The position numbers were made by a program, and so were the translations under genes. Source: Octopus vulgaris (Eukaryota). From it: a stretch of DNA of 64,000 bases. Of this stretch, positions 1-13,389 are shown in pieces. The stretch lies in assembly GCA_951406725.2 (NCBI GenBank), contig OX597817.1, positions 150,784,001 through 150,848,000 on the forward strand. Direction: 5' to 3'. Each line of letters starts with the position of its first letter. The first letter of the stretch is position 1. The notes under the pieces were generated by a model. That model worked only from the letters and a program-made list of their open reading frames with translations, made no database searches and had not been told where the DNA came from.

Positions 1-91
1 CATGAAGATGGAAAATATGTTTCTGTATGCTAGCAAAAGGTGATAGCTTTGCAATATGGTGTATCATGATTATTGTTACTAAGGTTTAATG

Positions 92-352
92 AAGGTGTAC
101 GGTTTAATGGTTAGAGTATTTGGCGCATGATTCTAAGGTCTTGAGTCTATCACTCAGCGATACATTGAGTCCTTGAGCAAGACACTTTATTTCACATTGC
201 TCCAAACCACTCTGCAAGCAAAAATGTATAATACCTGTATTTCACACCTTGTCACGATGAATCTCCCTGGGAACAATGTTAAGGACATGTGTGCCCGTGG
301 AGTGCTCAGTCACATCAACTGGAACCCTATTTATTGTAACTGACCCCGTGCC
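92..352 (+). mobile_element. tRNA-derived SINE, family C, decayed
   Basis: Similar to copies at 11143-11520, 23305-23430, 31934-32260 and 61908-62040 (ttgagcaagacactttatttcacattgctcca). Confidence 0.7.
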
Positions 353-484
353 AGTTTACTAGAGTTCAAAGTTGTTAAATTAACCAGAACAACTTCTGAT
401 CTATTCTTGATGGTTCCCATACACTGAAGTAGTCTTCACCATCAGTTCTCAGCAGGTTTTGAGAACACAGAAACTTGCCAAATA

Positions 485-707
485 TTCTTTTCTACTCTAG
501 GCAGAAGGCCTGAAATTTTGGGGGAGGTGAGCAGGGGACAGTCAATTAGATTGACCACAGTATGCAACTGGTACTTAATTTATCAACCCCGAAAGGATGA
601 AAGGCAAAGTCGATCTCGGTGGAATTTGAACTCAGAACATAAAGACTGACAAAATACTGCTAAGCACTTCCCCTGGCATGCTAACATTTCTATCAGCTTG
701 CCACCTT
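485..707 (-). mobile_element. SINE family B (high copy)
   Basis: Reverse complement of ggcgagctggcagaa...ctgagttcaaattcc...ctttgcctttcatcc...gtagaaaagaat. Many further copies, e.g. 10893-11100, 13230-13380, 16840-17520, 18580-18750, 26920-27118, 36285-36516, 45027-45236, 55730-56270. Confidence 0.85.
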
Positions 708-784
708 GAAACTTGCCAAATACAAAGTGTCTACGTAGGTGTGAGTGTATATGCCACATGCAAGCATGTAACTTTATTTTGTCA

Positions 785-1212
785 GGGTGTGACTGTGTTT
801 AAGAAGCTTACTTGCCAACCATTTGGTCTTAGGTTCAGTTCCACTGCATAGCACCTTGAGCAAGTGTCTTCTACTATAACCCTGAGTATATCAAAGCCAT
901 GTGAGTGGATTTGGTATACAGAAACTGAAAGAAGCTTGTTGAGTGTGTGTGTGTTTGTGTATACCCTTGTCCAGACATTGTGTGATAGTTGTAAATGAGC
1001 AAATATCATCATACAACAAAGGTTATTCCTTTCCAGTCTTCCATGAAAAACGTATCTAGCTATGAGTCTGTCACCTTGCTTGAAAGCAGATAAGGGCTGG
1101 TGACAGGTAGAGCATCCAGCTGTAGAAAATCTGTCTCAACAAATTCCGCCCTGACCCTTGCAAGAATGGAAAAGTGGACGTTAAATGAAGATGTGGTGGT
1201 GATGATGATGAT
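785..1212 (+). mobile_element. SINE with family A tRNA-like head and RTE-type 3' end with (GAT)n tail
   Basis: Head matches 39156-39310; 3' end (gcatccagctgtagaaaatctg...atggaaaagtggacgttaaatga) matches RTE termini; same body at 8465-8795 and 27145-27400. Confidence 0.75.
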
Positions 1213-1389
1213 AGTGAAAATAAAAGTTACTTCCTTGCAGCTTAACCAGAAATATCGAACTTCATCTATTATTGTTTCCTCAACCATGTTAATTACCTAA
1301 TGCGAATGAACATATCGTCTCTGTTCTTGCCTCTGTCTGCCTGGATGAAATTAGGTTTCACATCTTGCTCATGATTGCATGATCTAAGC

Positions 1390-1645
1390 CAGTGGTTCCC
1401 AAGGTGGGCGGTACTTCCACCTTGGGGTGGTGGAAAGATCTAGGGAGGTAATGAAGGAAAGTGGGGTGATGGATGTAAAAAAAAGCCTAAAATTATGGGT
1501 TAATAAGGGTAAGTTTTATTTGTGAAATACAACTGTTTTGAATTTGCTACAGAAAGTGGTCTATGCTTGTGGTAGGGGTGGAGGCGCTAGGAATGCGGCC
1601 CGGGTGCCAAGGGTGTGGCAGCCTGAAAGAGTTTGAGAATCACTG
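1390..1645. mobile_element. hAT-type MITE
   Basis: TIRs cagtggttcccaa / ttgagaatcactg; perfect 8-bp TSD atctaagc at 1382-1389 and 1646-1653. Confidence 0.85.
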
Positions 1646-1888
1646 ATCTAAGCTAACGAAGTGTCTACAAATATATTTGTCAAATTCCTGATGTTAAGTA
1701 GTATTGTCAGTCATTCCAATGCTTTCTGGAACTTAGATATCCTTCCTAAATATCTATTATAGATCTATTTGTTGATATGACCAAGATGAGGTAATATCTA
1801 TATTGTGTCTTTTATATCCACTGTCAATCTTTCAATCATAAGGACAATTATTTTCCTGTTTTCTTTTTATTAAACTTATAATTAAGTG

Positions 1889-2152
1889 GATGGTGTTTAT
1901 AAGCCATTTAAGAAACACAAAAACTGTTAGATTCACTTCAACATTTAAATTTAAGGGAGTTTTGTCAGTGAACAGGTCGTGGTCTCAAAGCGACAAAAAT
2001 ATTTTGACAAATTAAATTTAAATGTTGAAGTGAATCTAACAGTTTTTGTGCGTTTCTTAAATAGCTTATAAACACCTACCATGCTGCAATTGTTTTCGTT
2101 CCAGCACACGATCTCATATCAGGTCACTTGCTATGCAAGTACATCTCCATAA
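1889..2152 (+). mobile_element. Short Penelope-like insertion with inverted 5' arm
   Basis: 13-bp direct repeat ttataattaagtg at 1876-1888 and 2153-2165; inverted arms 1892-1954 and 2012-2076 enclose a hammerhead-like motif. Confidence 0.65.
1961..2011 (+). ncRNA. Minimal type I hammerhead-ribozyme-like motif with variant core; this copy is probably inactive
   Basis: Stem I tttgtca/tgacaaa; core GTGAACA; stem II gtcgt/gcgac; AAAA where GAAA is expected; one A-U pair closing the palindromic tetraloop ATAT. Confidence 0.5.
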
Positions 2153-2369
2153 TTATAATTAAGTGTTGAAGTATATATCATAAATGCAGTGCAAAGACGT
2201 TTTTAAGGACGGATTATGGCATGCTATTATAATTACCAGTTATATATGTGTGCAAGAAAAATTAAATACAAATATGAAGATTTTTTTTGGTGTTGAAAAA
2301 AAAAACAAAACAAAACGGGAAGCTCAATCTCCTTTGTTATCAAAATAATTACATCACATTCGAAAGATA

Positions 2370-3175
2370 CGAGGTGATATCAAAAAGTTCCTGGACTAGT
2401 TCTGTAGCATGCCAACAGATGGCAGCACATGTTTGTGTGTACAATGAGAACTAGCAGGGGCCTTCATGAGGTAGTGTGCTGAGTGACATCGCTGCGTTGA
2501 CTTTGCAAGTTGTGAAATTTGTGATCATGTGTACGCTGTAGTCAGTAATTTTGTCATGGACGGGAACAAAGAACCAATGTGAAGTCTGCTGCAAAGACAT
2601 TCAGTATGCTTCAACAAGCTTACAGTGACGAGGTAATGGATCAATAGCAATGTCTTGAGTGGCACGGGTGCTTCAAAAGTGGAAGAATATCCTTGGAAAA
2701 TAATGAGCAGTCTGGAAGACCTGCCACAAGTGTCACCCCTGGAAATGTGGTATTGTGCATCAAGAATTTGTCCACTATGAGGTGGACATTTGAAGAAAGT
2801 GACCGGATCTGTAGAGTGCGAAGAATTGAATTCTTCATGATGACAATGCATCCTATCACTAAGCTCTCCTTACTCGTGAGTTTCTCGCCAAAAACAACAT
2901 GGCATCGCTTCTGCACCTACCTTATTTACCAGATTTTTCTCCTGCAGACTTCCATCTCTTCCCCAAGATGAAAATGAAGCTCAAAGGTTGCCGTTTTAAT
3001 ACAGTTGTTATAGAAATTCCTTGTCTTGCTTACAGAAAATGACTTCCAGGCCTGATTCCAAAAGTGGCAGGAATGCCTGAACAGATGACTATTTTGAAGG
3101 AGATGTTAAAATTTAGGTAAATAAGTTATTTTTTATTAAACACTACTAGTCTGGGAACCTTTTGATACCACTTCA
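2370..3175 (+). mobile_element. Internally deleted mariner element with transposase pseudogene
   Basis: TIRs cgaggtgatatcaaaaagttcctggactagt / actagtctgggaaccttttgataccacttca flanked by TA; frameshifted remnants NEQSGRP, HDDNASYH and HLPYLPDFSPADFHLFPKMK (YSPDLAP motif region). Confidence 0.9.
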
Positions 3176-3203
3176 TATGTATGCATAATATGTATATATA
3201 TGC

Positions 3204-3248
<45 letters not shown>

Positions 3249-3285
3249 TATAAATATATATATATATATATATAAATATATATGC

Positions 3286-3334
<49 letters not shown>

Positions 3335-3397
3335 TATATATATGTATGTATATATATATATTATATATATATGTGTGTTATATATATATAACATGTA

Positions 3398-3438
<41 letters not shown>

Positions 3439-3445
3439 GTGTGTG

Positions 3446-3504
<59 letters not shown>

Positions 3505-3511
3505 GTGTGTG

Positions 3512-3542
<31 letters not shown>

Positions 3543-3543
3543 G
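3176..3543. repeat. (TA)n/(TG)n microsatellite
   Basis: Direct inspection; similar tracts at 3985-4125, 37925-38097, 53070-53228, 53870-53948 and 61388-61520. Confidence 0.97.
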
Positions 3544-3713
3544 TTATAAAATGAGATAGGGGTTGAAAATTCAACCCACCATGGGATAACATATATCCAA
3601 TATACTGCTAGAGAGGTACCCAACAAGACTAATACATAGATGTTAAAAATTGCCAAGCAATTAGTTCATCTACTGTATTATATGGGCAAAGGTAAAAATA
3701 TTACCGTAAATTA

Positions 3714-3987
3714 ATACTACAAAATTAGAAAATGGAGAAACATACTTAAATCAATAAAACATCAACCATCAGATGATACCCAATCAATACTTTATTACAC
3801 CATTACATAACAGTAAAGGCATTATACAAAATATATTGTAAATATAAATAGACAAATATTTACAATATATTTTGTATAATGCCTTTACTGTTATGTAATG
3901 GTGTAATAAAGTATTGATTGGGTATCATCTGATGGTTGATGTTTTATTGATTTAAGTATGTTTCTCCATTTTCTAATTTTGTAGTAT
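3714..3987. repeat. Perfect inverted repeat, 132-bp arms and 10-nt loop, at the end of a probable Penelope-like fragment (3545-3987)
   Basis: 3714-3845 is the reverse complement of 3856-3987; loop aaatagacaa; the block lies between two (TA)n tracts. Confidence 0.92.
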
Positions 3988-4024
3988 ATATATATATGTA
4001 TATATACATGTATGTATGTATATG

Positions 4025-4065
<41 letters not shown>

Positions 4066-4699
4066 TGTGTATCTATATATGTGTGTGTGTATGTATGTGT
4101 ATATATATATATATATATACATATTAGAGAATATAAGTAAGAAAAGTTATGTCTTAAAAATCACAGTAGAGGTAAGTTCATAATATAAGCAATATTGTAC
4201 AGATAAAGTACAATATTGTATAAAGTACAGCTATGATCAGTAAAAAATTTTTTTAAAGTTTTGAAAGTTCTTATGATTGTTACATGAACACTACACCTGA
4301 TTTTCTCCCCTCCATACACACACAAGCATGCATCTGACTCATACATTGTTCGCTTTCCAGACATTTGTACATTACTGCATATACTCTGACAAGTTGTGGT
4401 GCACCTGAGCACTGTATACAAAAATTTCATTTGAGCTAAAAATTTTGAAAAGTAAAATAAATCCATGGTAAAAAAAATCTGTGTTAAGAATCTGTAATGG
4501 CTGTGAAGAGATAGAATTCCCATAATCCATTTCTTCTTCCGTGTATAATCCATAAATGTAAGAGAAATTTTTTAATGAACATAGCTCTACTTTATCTATT
4601 TATTTCTAAATACAATAATGCTTATATTGCATTAATAAATAAATTGCTTATATTGGGCAATAAACTGCACTTGCGGAAACCTGTTAAGTCAGGTGAAGT

Positions 4700-5175
4700 T
4701 ATTGGCGTGGCCAATGACAGTACCACCTGATTGACACCTGTGCTGGTGGCACGTAAAAAGCACCATTCGAATGTGGTCGATGCCAATGCCACCTGACTGG
4801 TCCTGTATGAGTGGCACGTAAAATGTACCATTTGAGCCAGTGCCGCTTGACTGGCTCCCGTGCCAGTGGCACATAAAAAACACCATTTGAGTGTGGTCAT
4901 TGCCAGTGGCACCTGACTGGCTCCCGTGCTGGTGGCACCATTCAAGGGTGGTCAATGCCAGTACTGCCTGACTGGCCCTTGTGCCGGTGGCATGTAAAAA
5001 AGCACCCACTACACTCTCAGAGTGGTTGGCATTAGGAAGGACATCCAGCTGTAGAAACTATGCCAGATCAGATTAGAGCCTGGTGCAGCCTTCTGGCTTG
5101 CCAGTCCACAGTCAAACAGTCCAACCCATGCCAGCATGGAAAGCTGACGTTAAACGACGATGATGATGATGATGA
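4700..5175 (+). mobile_element. 5'-truncated RTE LINE 3' UTR with about 5 tandem modules and (GAT)n tail
   Basis: Repeated gtgccrgtggcacrtaaaa..cacc, then ccaacccatgccagcatggaaagctgacgttaaacgacgatgat. Same family at 6967-7333, 19710-19890, 33435-33680, 55515-55705, 59487-59807 (+) and 9213-9370, 23455-23600, 63268-63605 (-). Confidence 0.85.
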
Positions 5176-6966
5176 TTGCTTATATTATGTACTTATCTCT
5201 ATTTTGTGATTTTAAGATATAACTTTTCTTACTTTTATTAGTATGTAATTGCTCTCATTGAATTTCTAAATATCTTTTTAAGGTTTTTGACATTTCTCAT
5301 ACCAAGAGCACTTATTTGAAATCCTGTACAACTTGTTTTCAAAGGACATATTTGATTTACTATATATATATATATCATCATCATCATAACCCATGCTAGC
5401 ATGGAAAGCGGACATTAAACGATGATGATGATGATGATATATATATATATGTATATATATGCACACATACACAGATATACATAAAGAAAGAAATTAGATT
5501 AAAAAGTTTTATGAAGATTAGGTTAGGAACAGTATAAAAGTTTAGCAAAAGCATATTTTCCTGTCACATAGCATAAACAAATTGAACATATTAAAATTTA
5601 AAATTAATAATTTTTTGGGAACCGATTTGGATGGTACTTACGATAACTCAATGTTATATTTAAAAAAATATATTGCTATTTTTAAAAAAATGTAACAAAT
5701 AAATCATTTGCAAAAAAGAAAAATAGAGTAAACAAAATACATCAGTAACATTCAAAATGTCATTCGTATTGGAAATAACAACAATAAAATAGACATATGT
5801 TCAGTAACACATGATAATGTGAAAATGTCTTTAACAGTTCGTTGTACTGTGTAAATTCACACAGATTAAAAAAAAATACTAGGAAATGAATAAACCAAAT
5901 AGTGAAAATAACAAGTAAAAATCTCAGCAGAAATAAAGGAAGTGTGGGTTTCTACAGATATAATAATGTTTCTAGCGCCATATGTCTGGTGCTTAGTAAA
6001 AGGCAAAGAAAATTTATATTTACATGCTGTTAGGTGTTAGCAATAAAGTTATGTATAGATTAGTGACTCATAATTAAGGCTGGAATATGACATATAAAGG
6101 TGCTTATAATTAGAATTTTAAATTTGGAATAAATCTCACTAAGGATGTTTTCTAATACAGAAGAATTTGTTTTAGTCAAGATTTTATCTCCCCAAAACCC
6201 AAGCTCAGGAACATCTTATTTTGTTCTTGTTTTAGAATATGATAAACAACTGTTCAAAGCATTCAGATTACTCTGTCAAGTTTGAATTAATCATGCATTA
6301 TCTCCTAACTCTTGAAATTTTGATGAAATGATCACTTATTTTTAGAATGTCATTGCTGGGTAAGTATAAGAGGCTGGATCTTGTTAGTTTGAACATAGAG
6401 CAGGTAGAATATTTGAGTCAGGTATGGTTGGTTTCAATGCTTAAAGAGTATTGGAATAAAAGTTTTGAATTAAAGGTGATAAGGGATATGGCATGAACAA
6501 AATATTTTAAATTCTAAAAAATAAATGAAAGTGACTCATCTCATCTTGACCACTGAGTATATTGTTCCCACAATAAGCAATTTATGGTGTATAGTTTCAC
6601 CAATGATCCGGCATCGTTCACTTGAAATAATGATTAGCTTATTAGAGAAGATAGTAGCTCAGTGGTCTGTCATCAACATGAGTTATATTAGTAAATTATT
6701 TTAAGGATCTGAGTTTTAAATCTTCTGGTACTGATAATATTTAATTTTAACTGGGATAATATAAAATAAAACCAGAGTAATTGATTTAATAGGCCAAGGA
6801 ATAATTCTTTTGTACTTTTAGATTAAAAACAAAAAAAAAAGGGAATTTACTGGTAATTTAGGGAAATTAAAATACTGTTAACATGACAAGTAGTCAAACT
6901 TACAAAAACATATAAATCCAAGTCTTTTGGAAGATATATTTCATGAAATAAAAATTATATGGTAGA

Positions 6967-7333
6967 TCACATAAAAAGCACCAGACGAACGTGGCCGATG
7001 CCAGCGCCGCCCCGACTGGTTCCTGTGTCGGTGGCACATAAAAAGATCATCTGAACGTTGCCAGCGCCGCCTTGGCTGGCTTCCGTGCCGCTGGCACGTT
7101 AAAAGCTCCAACCGATCGTGACCAATGCCAGAATCCCTCCTGCACCTGTGCAGGTGGCACGTAAAAAGCACCCACTACACTCGCGGAGTGGTTGGCGTTA
7201 GGAAGGGCATCCAGCCGTAGAAACTCTGCCAGATTAGACTGGAGCCTGGAGCAGCCCCTGGCTTCCCAGACCCCCGGTCGAACCGTTCAACCCGTGCTAG
7301 CGCGGAAAACGGACGTTAAACGATGATGATGAT
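6967..7333 (+). mobile_element. RTE 3' UTR fragment with 4 modules
   Basis: Same module and terminal sequence as 51540-52309. Confidence 0.85.
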
Positions 7334-8003
7334 TGTTAAGAAGTGAAAAAAAAAATTAATATAGAAGAATGATAAACATCTGATGTAGTTGTTATTGAGC
7401 TAAAATAGTTGAAGAAACACAATTTTGAAGAGTGTGGGGGATGACATCAGCATACAGCGTACATGTTAATACTGAAGACTATGAAGAATAGTAAAATGAC
7501 GCAGCAATAATAATAACCACTTATATACTTTATATATCAAATATAAGTTGTTTGTTCAAAATAAATTTGCTTTTATTTTATTTTAATTTAGTTATTTAAA
7601 TAGTCATTGATATTTTGAGTATAGACTATTTGTTAGGGTGATTGTTTTCTTCAGGGTGGGGATTCAGTTTAACAAGTGGGTAAAAATATTAAAAATAAAA
7701 ACAATAGAGAATATTAATAGGATTTAGTATATCTTTTTAAAGAATTTCAATATTCTTGCTTATATTCTAAGAGAGGCAGTGTAAATAGTTTTGGTCAAAA
7801 AAAAAATTCAGCAATGATAACAACAAGTTATGAGATTGGTATATATAATCAAACAGTTGTAGCCGAGAAGTTTGCTTGCCAACCATGTAGTCTTGGGTTC
7901 TTGAGATCAATTTCAGTGTGTGGTACCTTGGGCCAACAAAAGCCTTTTTAGTAGATTTAATAAACTAAAACTGAAAGATGCTTATTGCACACTCACACAC
8001 ACA

Positions 8004-8034
<31 letters not shown>

Positions 8035-11000
8035 CACATGATCGACCAGACTATCAGATGTTGTTATACATCGCTGGTTACAATGCGCTTTGCATCGTTT
8101 TAGCTTTCGAATGATGCCACCCCACTGGCTAGATGAGTAGGCTAACATTAACCCTGATCAGAAGACTAGTCTGTCACAGGGTTACGGATTTACAGGTTAG
8201 TGGACTGGAGTAACGTGAAATGAAGTGTTTTGCTCCGTTTGGGAATTGAACTCACAATGTAATGATCATGAGGGCAGAACCTTAACCACTAGGCCACACA
8301 CCTTCATACACACACACACACATATCCAATTACTGTTGGCTGTCAGAAAAAAGAGTACACAAAACCATAGCAAAGATTAATGATATTATATTCCCGTGAA
8401 GTCATTCTCTTGAACTTGTCTAGGTGAAACTCAGAGTAGCAACAGACTGACTTGAACAGAATAATGTGTATGTGTGTGTACCTTTGCCTCAGCATCATGT
8501 GATGGATGAGAGCTGAACAGCGGGTCTTCAGAGAAGAAAAGGCTTCTTACCACTATCCATCATGTGGTATCTATACAAGAGTATGCAAACGAGCATCACA
8601 ATCATACAAGCAATGTTGCTCATTACCAATTCTCTATGTAAAACATAATATGGGCCATGGGGGCAATACCATTTTGCTTGGAAACAGGTGAAGGTTAGTG
8701 ACAGGAAGTATATCCAGCTGTAGAAAATCTGCCTCAACAAATTTCATCTGACTCATGCAAGCATGGAGAAGTGGAGGTTAAAATGATAATGATGATTAAT
8801 AACAAGTTCTGATGTTTGTACATAACCACACATTTTAGGGGAGAGATAAACTTCATAGAATCAACCCCAGAACATGCTTGGTACTTGCATTATTGACCTC
8901 AAAGCAAAGTCAACTCTGGTGGCAACTCAGGACTTATCTGAGAACTTATCAGATAGGGTGAAAACTAAATACTCAAGGTATCTGGTCTTAGAGTCATACA
9001 TTTGCCACAATGGTCAAAATTTCTAAAAAAAAGCCTCAAATTTAGGGAAAGAGGACCAGTCAGATGAAATGGATTGCAAGTACTTGACGAGTATTTTATT
9101 TTACTAATTCTGGAAGGATGAAAGGCAAAGTTAATCATGGCAGGATTTAAATTCAGAACATAGAACTAGGACAATTATCACAAAAACTTTCTTTCTGGTG
9201 TTCTTAGATGCATCATCATCATTTAACACCGGCCTTCCATGCTGGTATGGGTTGGACAGTTTGACAGGAGCTAGCCAAGCATAAGACTGCACCAGACTTC
9301 TGTGTGTGCTTTGGCATGGTTTCCTAGCAACAAACACCCTGCAGAGCGAGTCACCATGACACATTTTATGTCACTCAGATTGGTGACTAACTTTCCCAAG
9401 ATGTTAAATAAAGCTGTAGGGATTTTATTGATTGTTTCAACTTACCCTTATACCTAAAGTTGGGTCTTTCTTTAATATGGAATCTCTTTACTTGTTGGCC
9501 ATACAAAGAATTTTCAGAATGCTATCATCTTGCATTCAAACAACATGTCCAGTGGATTTGCACTGAATTCTCAACAGGATGCTTTTAATACTGGAAATAT
9601 CACATTTTACTAAAATCTGGATATTTGATATTTTGCAATAATAATAATTAGTGCATCAGTTGCAACATCCAAACTACTACCTAACAGAAAGGTATTAATA
9701 CTGAGACATTGTTGGCCTGCAGAAAGGTGCAACCTTGTATTTAGTAAGAATCCTAAGTAAGATTTGAGGAGACTTGTTGTCAACAAACTTCAGGGCAACA
9801 CACCTGTTAACTAATAAAGCATGTTATGATGTTGATGATGATGAACGATTATGATGATGATGATGATATGTGTATTGGGATGTTAACTGAGTGTGTGGCT
9901 TGAAATAACAGGAAAGTGGTATGAGATTGTGATAGAGAGCAAGGGTGAAGGATGAGGGTGATGATACAAAGACATAAAATGTGGGGGTTTACATATAATG
10001 AAATAATAAAAAAAAAGGAGAAAGTAAGTATACATGGTATACACTGAAAAAGAAGGGATATATATATACATAGCATACAAAGGTTAGCAAACAGAAGGTG
10101 GAGGGAAGGATAATAGAGATGTAGCCCTCCTGATACAGGAAGACCTCTAGGGATAATCGAGAAACCCAACTGTCCAAGATTTCTCTGAACACCAAGGGCA
10201 AGTGCCCTCTCCAACTTAATAATTTCTAACATAGGCACAAAAGGCCTGATATTTCAAGGTAAGTGATTTAAATCAACCACTGTACTTGATTGTGAGAATA
10301 GAGAAGTTAAAAGTCTTGATCCTGCCAGTTATCACCGGGGCCTTGAGAACTGTGACAAAAGATTTAAGAGCAAGTCTTGGAAAGCTGGACCTTAAACTGG
10401 GAACAGATATAAAAGTAGAATATCTATTTATTTGGTTCAACAAGAATTATGTGGAGAGTCCTGGATACAAAGTAAGAACAGAAACGAACAACATAAAAGA
10501 ACTTCTATAGGAGATGGAATAAACAAGTGCTCTTCATCCTAGGCCTTGAATTTTGGTCTGATAGGAAACATAATCAAAATGGTTATAACTTCAATACCAT
10601 GTAACAACAATATCATCGTCATAACAACAACAACAACAGCAGAGAGAATGACGATGAAGATGATTCTCTACATTAGTGCAAGGCTATTGAGCTATAGAAG
10701 AAAGACACATTGAAATTATTATTATTAGTGTTATTTGGCACAAGGCCAACAATTTAAGGGCAAGAGTAGGTAGATTACATCAGCCTCTGTACTCAACTGG
10801 TACTAAAATAAGTACCAGTTAAGTACTGGGGGCTGATGTAATAGACTTGTCCCTTCCCTCAAAATTGTTGACCTGGTGCCAAAATTTGAAATCGAGCTGG
10901 CAGAATCATTAGCACACCAGGCAAAATTCTTCGCAACGTTTTGTCCGTCCTTACATTCTGAGTTCAAATTCCACTGAGGTCGGCTTTGTCTTTCATCCTT

Positions 11001-12409
11001 TCAGGGTCGATGAAATAAGTACCAGTTGTACAGTGGGATCGATGCAATTGACTGGCCCCCTCCCACAACATCCAGGCCTTGTGCCTATAGTAGAAAGGAT
11101 TATTATTATTACGATTTAGCTGTCTTATTTTTATTGAATGTGGAGGCACAATGGCCCATTGGTTAGGGCAGCAGACTTGCAGTTGTAGGATTGCGGTTCC
11201 AATTCTCAGACCAGGTGTTGTGGGTGTTTATTGAGCGAAAAACACCTAAAGTTCCATGAGGCTCTGGCAGGGAGTGGCGGCGAACCCTGCTGCATTCTTT
11301 CACCACAACTTTCTCTGACTCTTTCTTTCTGTTTCTGTTGTACTTGTATTTCTGGGGCCAGCCTTGTCACACTCTGTGTCATGCTGGATCTCCTCAAGAA
11401 CTACATCAAGGGTACACGTGTCGGTGGAGTGCTCAGCCACTTGAATGTTAATTTCATAAGCAGGCTGTTCCATTGATCAGATCAACTGGAACCCTCGTTG
11501 TCGTAACTGACGGAGTACCGTGACTTTTATTGGCTGCTTTCACTGCATTACTGAACAAAGTTCTGTGTGCTTTGAGCATGTTTGGTTTGGTATTTTTTAC
11601 AATGTTAAAAGTACCCTACATGTGTTATGTTTATTACTATTATTGCTGATAGAATTGTTAGCACACCAGACAAAATGCTGCTAACAATTTTGTCTAACTT
11701 TACATTCTGAGTTCAAACTCTGCCGAGGTTGATAAAATAAGTATCAGTTGCACACTGGGGTCTATGTAATCAACTATCCCTTTCCCCATAAATTTCAAGC
11801 CTTGTGTCTATAGTAGAAAGGATTATTATTATTATAATTTATCTCTCTGATATATCTATTATTTCTCAAATAATCCAAGCAACAAGGAGCTTGGGAATTT
11901 TCCGTGAGAAGAGAAAAAACATTTTGAAAGGAAAATAGTGTTAGAACAATTAAAAAAAAAAAGATCAAAGGAATTGGTACTAGTATATCACAGGTACTCA
12001 TTTACTCATTTTATCATGCTCATAGGGTTGAAAAGACAACAAATGGGGACATCTGAACTCAAAGAAATGTAACCAAACCCCACAAAAATATTTGGTTTAG
12101 CACTTTGCCATTTCTACAAATACTTGACACTGGGAACTAAAATAACAGAATTTAGAATTGCTGTAAAGTTGTTGTCATCCTGGTTGTAATAGGAGCTTCA
12201 GGAACTGTGGTAAGAAGTTTAAATGGATGGCTGAAGGTGCTGCATATTGAGGTAAAGTACTCACGTCTAGAGAGATTGTTTGCTTTGCATAGCGAGAACA
12301 TAAGAAACTGTACTAAATAACTGCTGGATGCAGCTTGTAATAAAATAATCTAAATATTGCCAGAACAACAATGATGATGATGATGATGATGATGATAATA
12401 ATAATAATA

Positions 12410-12845
12410 ATAATAAGGCATATGATATGATGCCTCATTCTTGGATCGTTGAATGCCTGCAGATGTTTGGTGTTACTGACATCACAAATTTTCTGATGCA
12501 TAACATGAAAGAGTAGAAAACCAAATTGTACTCAAGTAGTGTATTCCTTGGCGAAGATAATATTAAAAGAGGAATCTTCCAAAAGTACACTCGTTTTCTC
12601 CACTACTTTTTGTATTAGTGCTAATACTCATAACAATGACACTTAGGAAAGTTAAGATGGGTTACTGATGTGGGAAGAAAGGCCCATCATTGAACCATCT
12701 TCGGTTTATGGATGACCTGAAATTGTTTGGGAAATCTGAAAAACAGATAGATTCCTTAACCAAAAACAGTCCAGAAGTGTGGTAGGGACATCGGTATGGA
12801 ATTTGGGACTACAAAATGCTCAGTACTTAATGTGGAAAGAGGCGA
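12410..12845 (+). pseudogene. R4/Dong-like non-LTR reverse transcriptase remnant
   Basis: Translates with frameshifts to KAYDMMPHSWIVECLQMFG...KRGIFQ...LNHLRFMDDLKLFGKSEKQIDSL...DIGMEFGTTKCSVLNVERG; starts in an (AAT)n tract. Confidence 0.75.
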
Positions 12846-13389
12846 TGAGCTGTCAGAAATGTTAACATGCTGGGTGATATGCTTAGCAATATTTTGTCTG
12901 TCTTTACGTTAGTCTGCTGGTTATGGACAGCTGACAGTTTCCATCATACCCAGCAAAATAGAGATGAGGTTTTTCATGATGAAGATGATGAAAATAATCC
13001 TTTCTACTAAGGGTGCAAGGCCTGAAATTTGATGGGAGGGGACTAGTCAATTACATCGACCCAGTGTTTCACTGGTACTTAACTTATCGACCCTGAAAGA
13101 TGATGGTAATAATAATTAGTAATAGTGTAATAAAAGATAAAAAAGCAGAGAGCTTTTTACAATGCAAAGAAAGAAGTTGGAAAATCTTTATATATTTCAA
13201 GCACAAAGGTCCATTAATAGAAGAATATTCTTTTCTACTTTAAGCACAAGGCCCAAAATTTTTGGGGAGGGTTCCAGTCAATTAGATCGACTCCAGTATG
13301 CAACTGGTACTTAATTTATCGACTGCAAAAAGATGAAAGGCTAAGTTGACCTCGGCAGAATTTGAACTCAGAACGTAAAATTTCCGTCA

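Noticed and set aside
3173-3656. YI/IY-rich ORFs, also at 37791-38273, 52970-53353 and 61268-61636
   Set aside because: Translations of (TA)n/(TG)n microsatellites.
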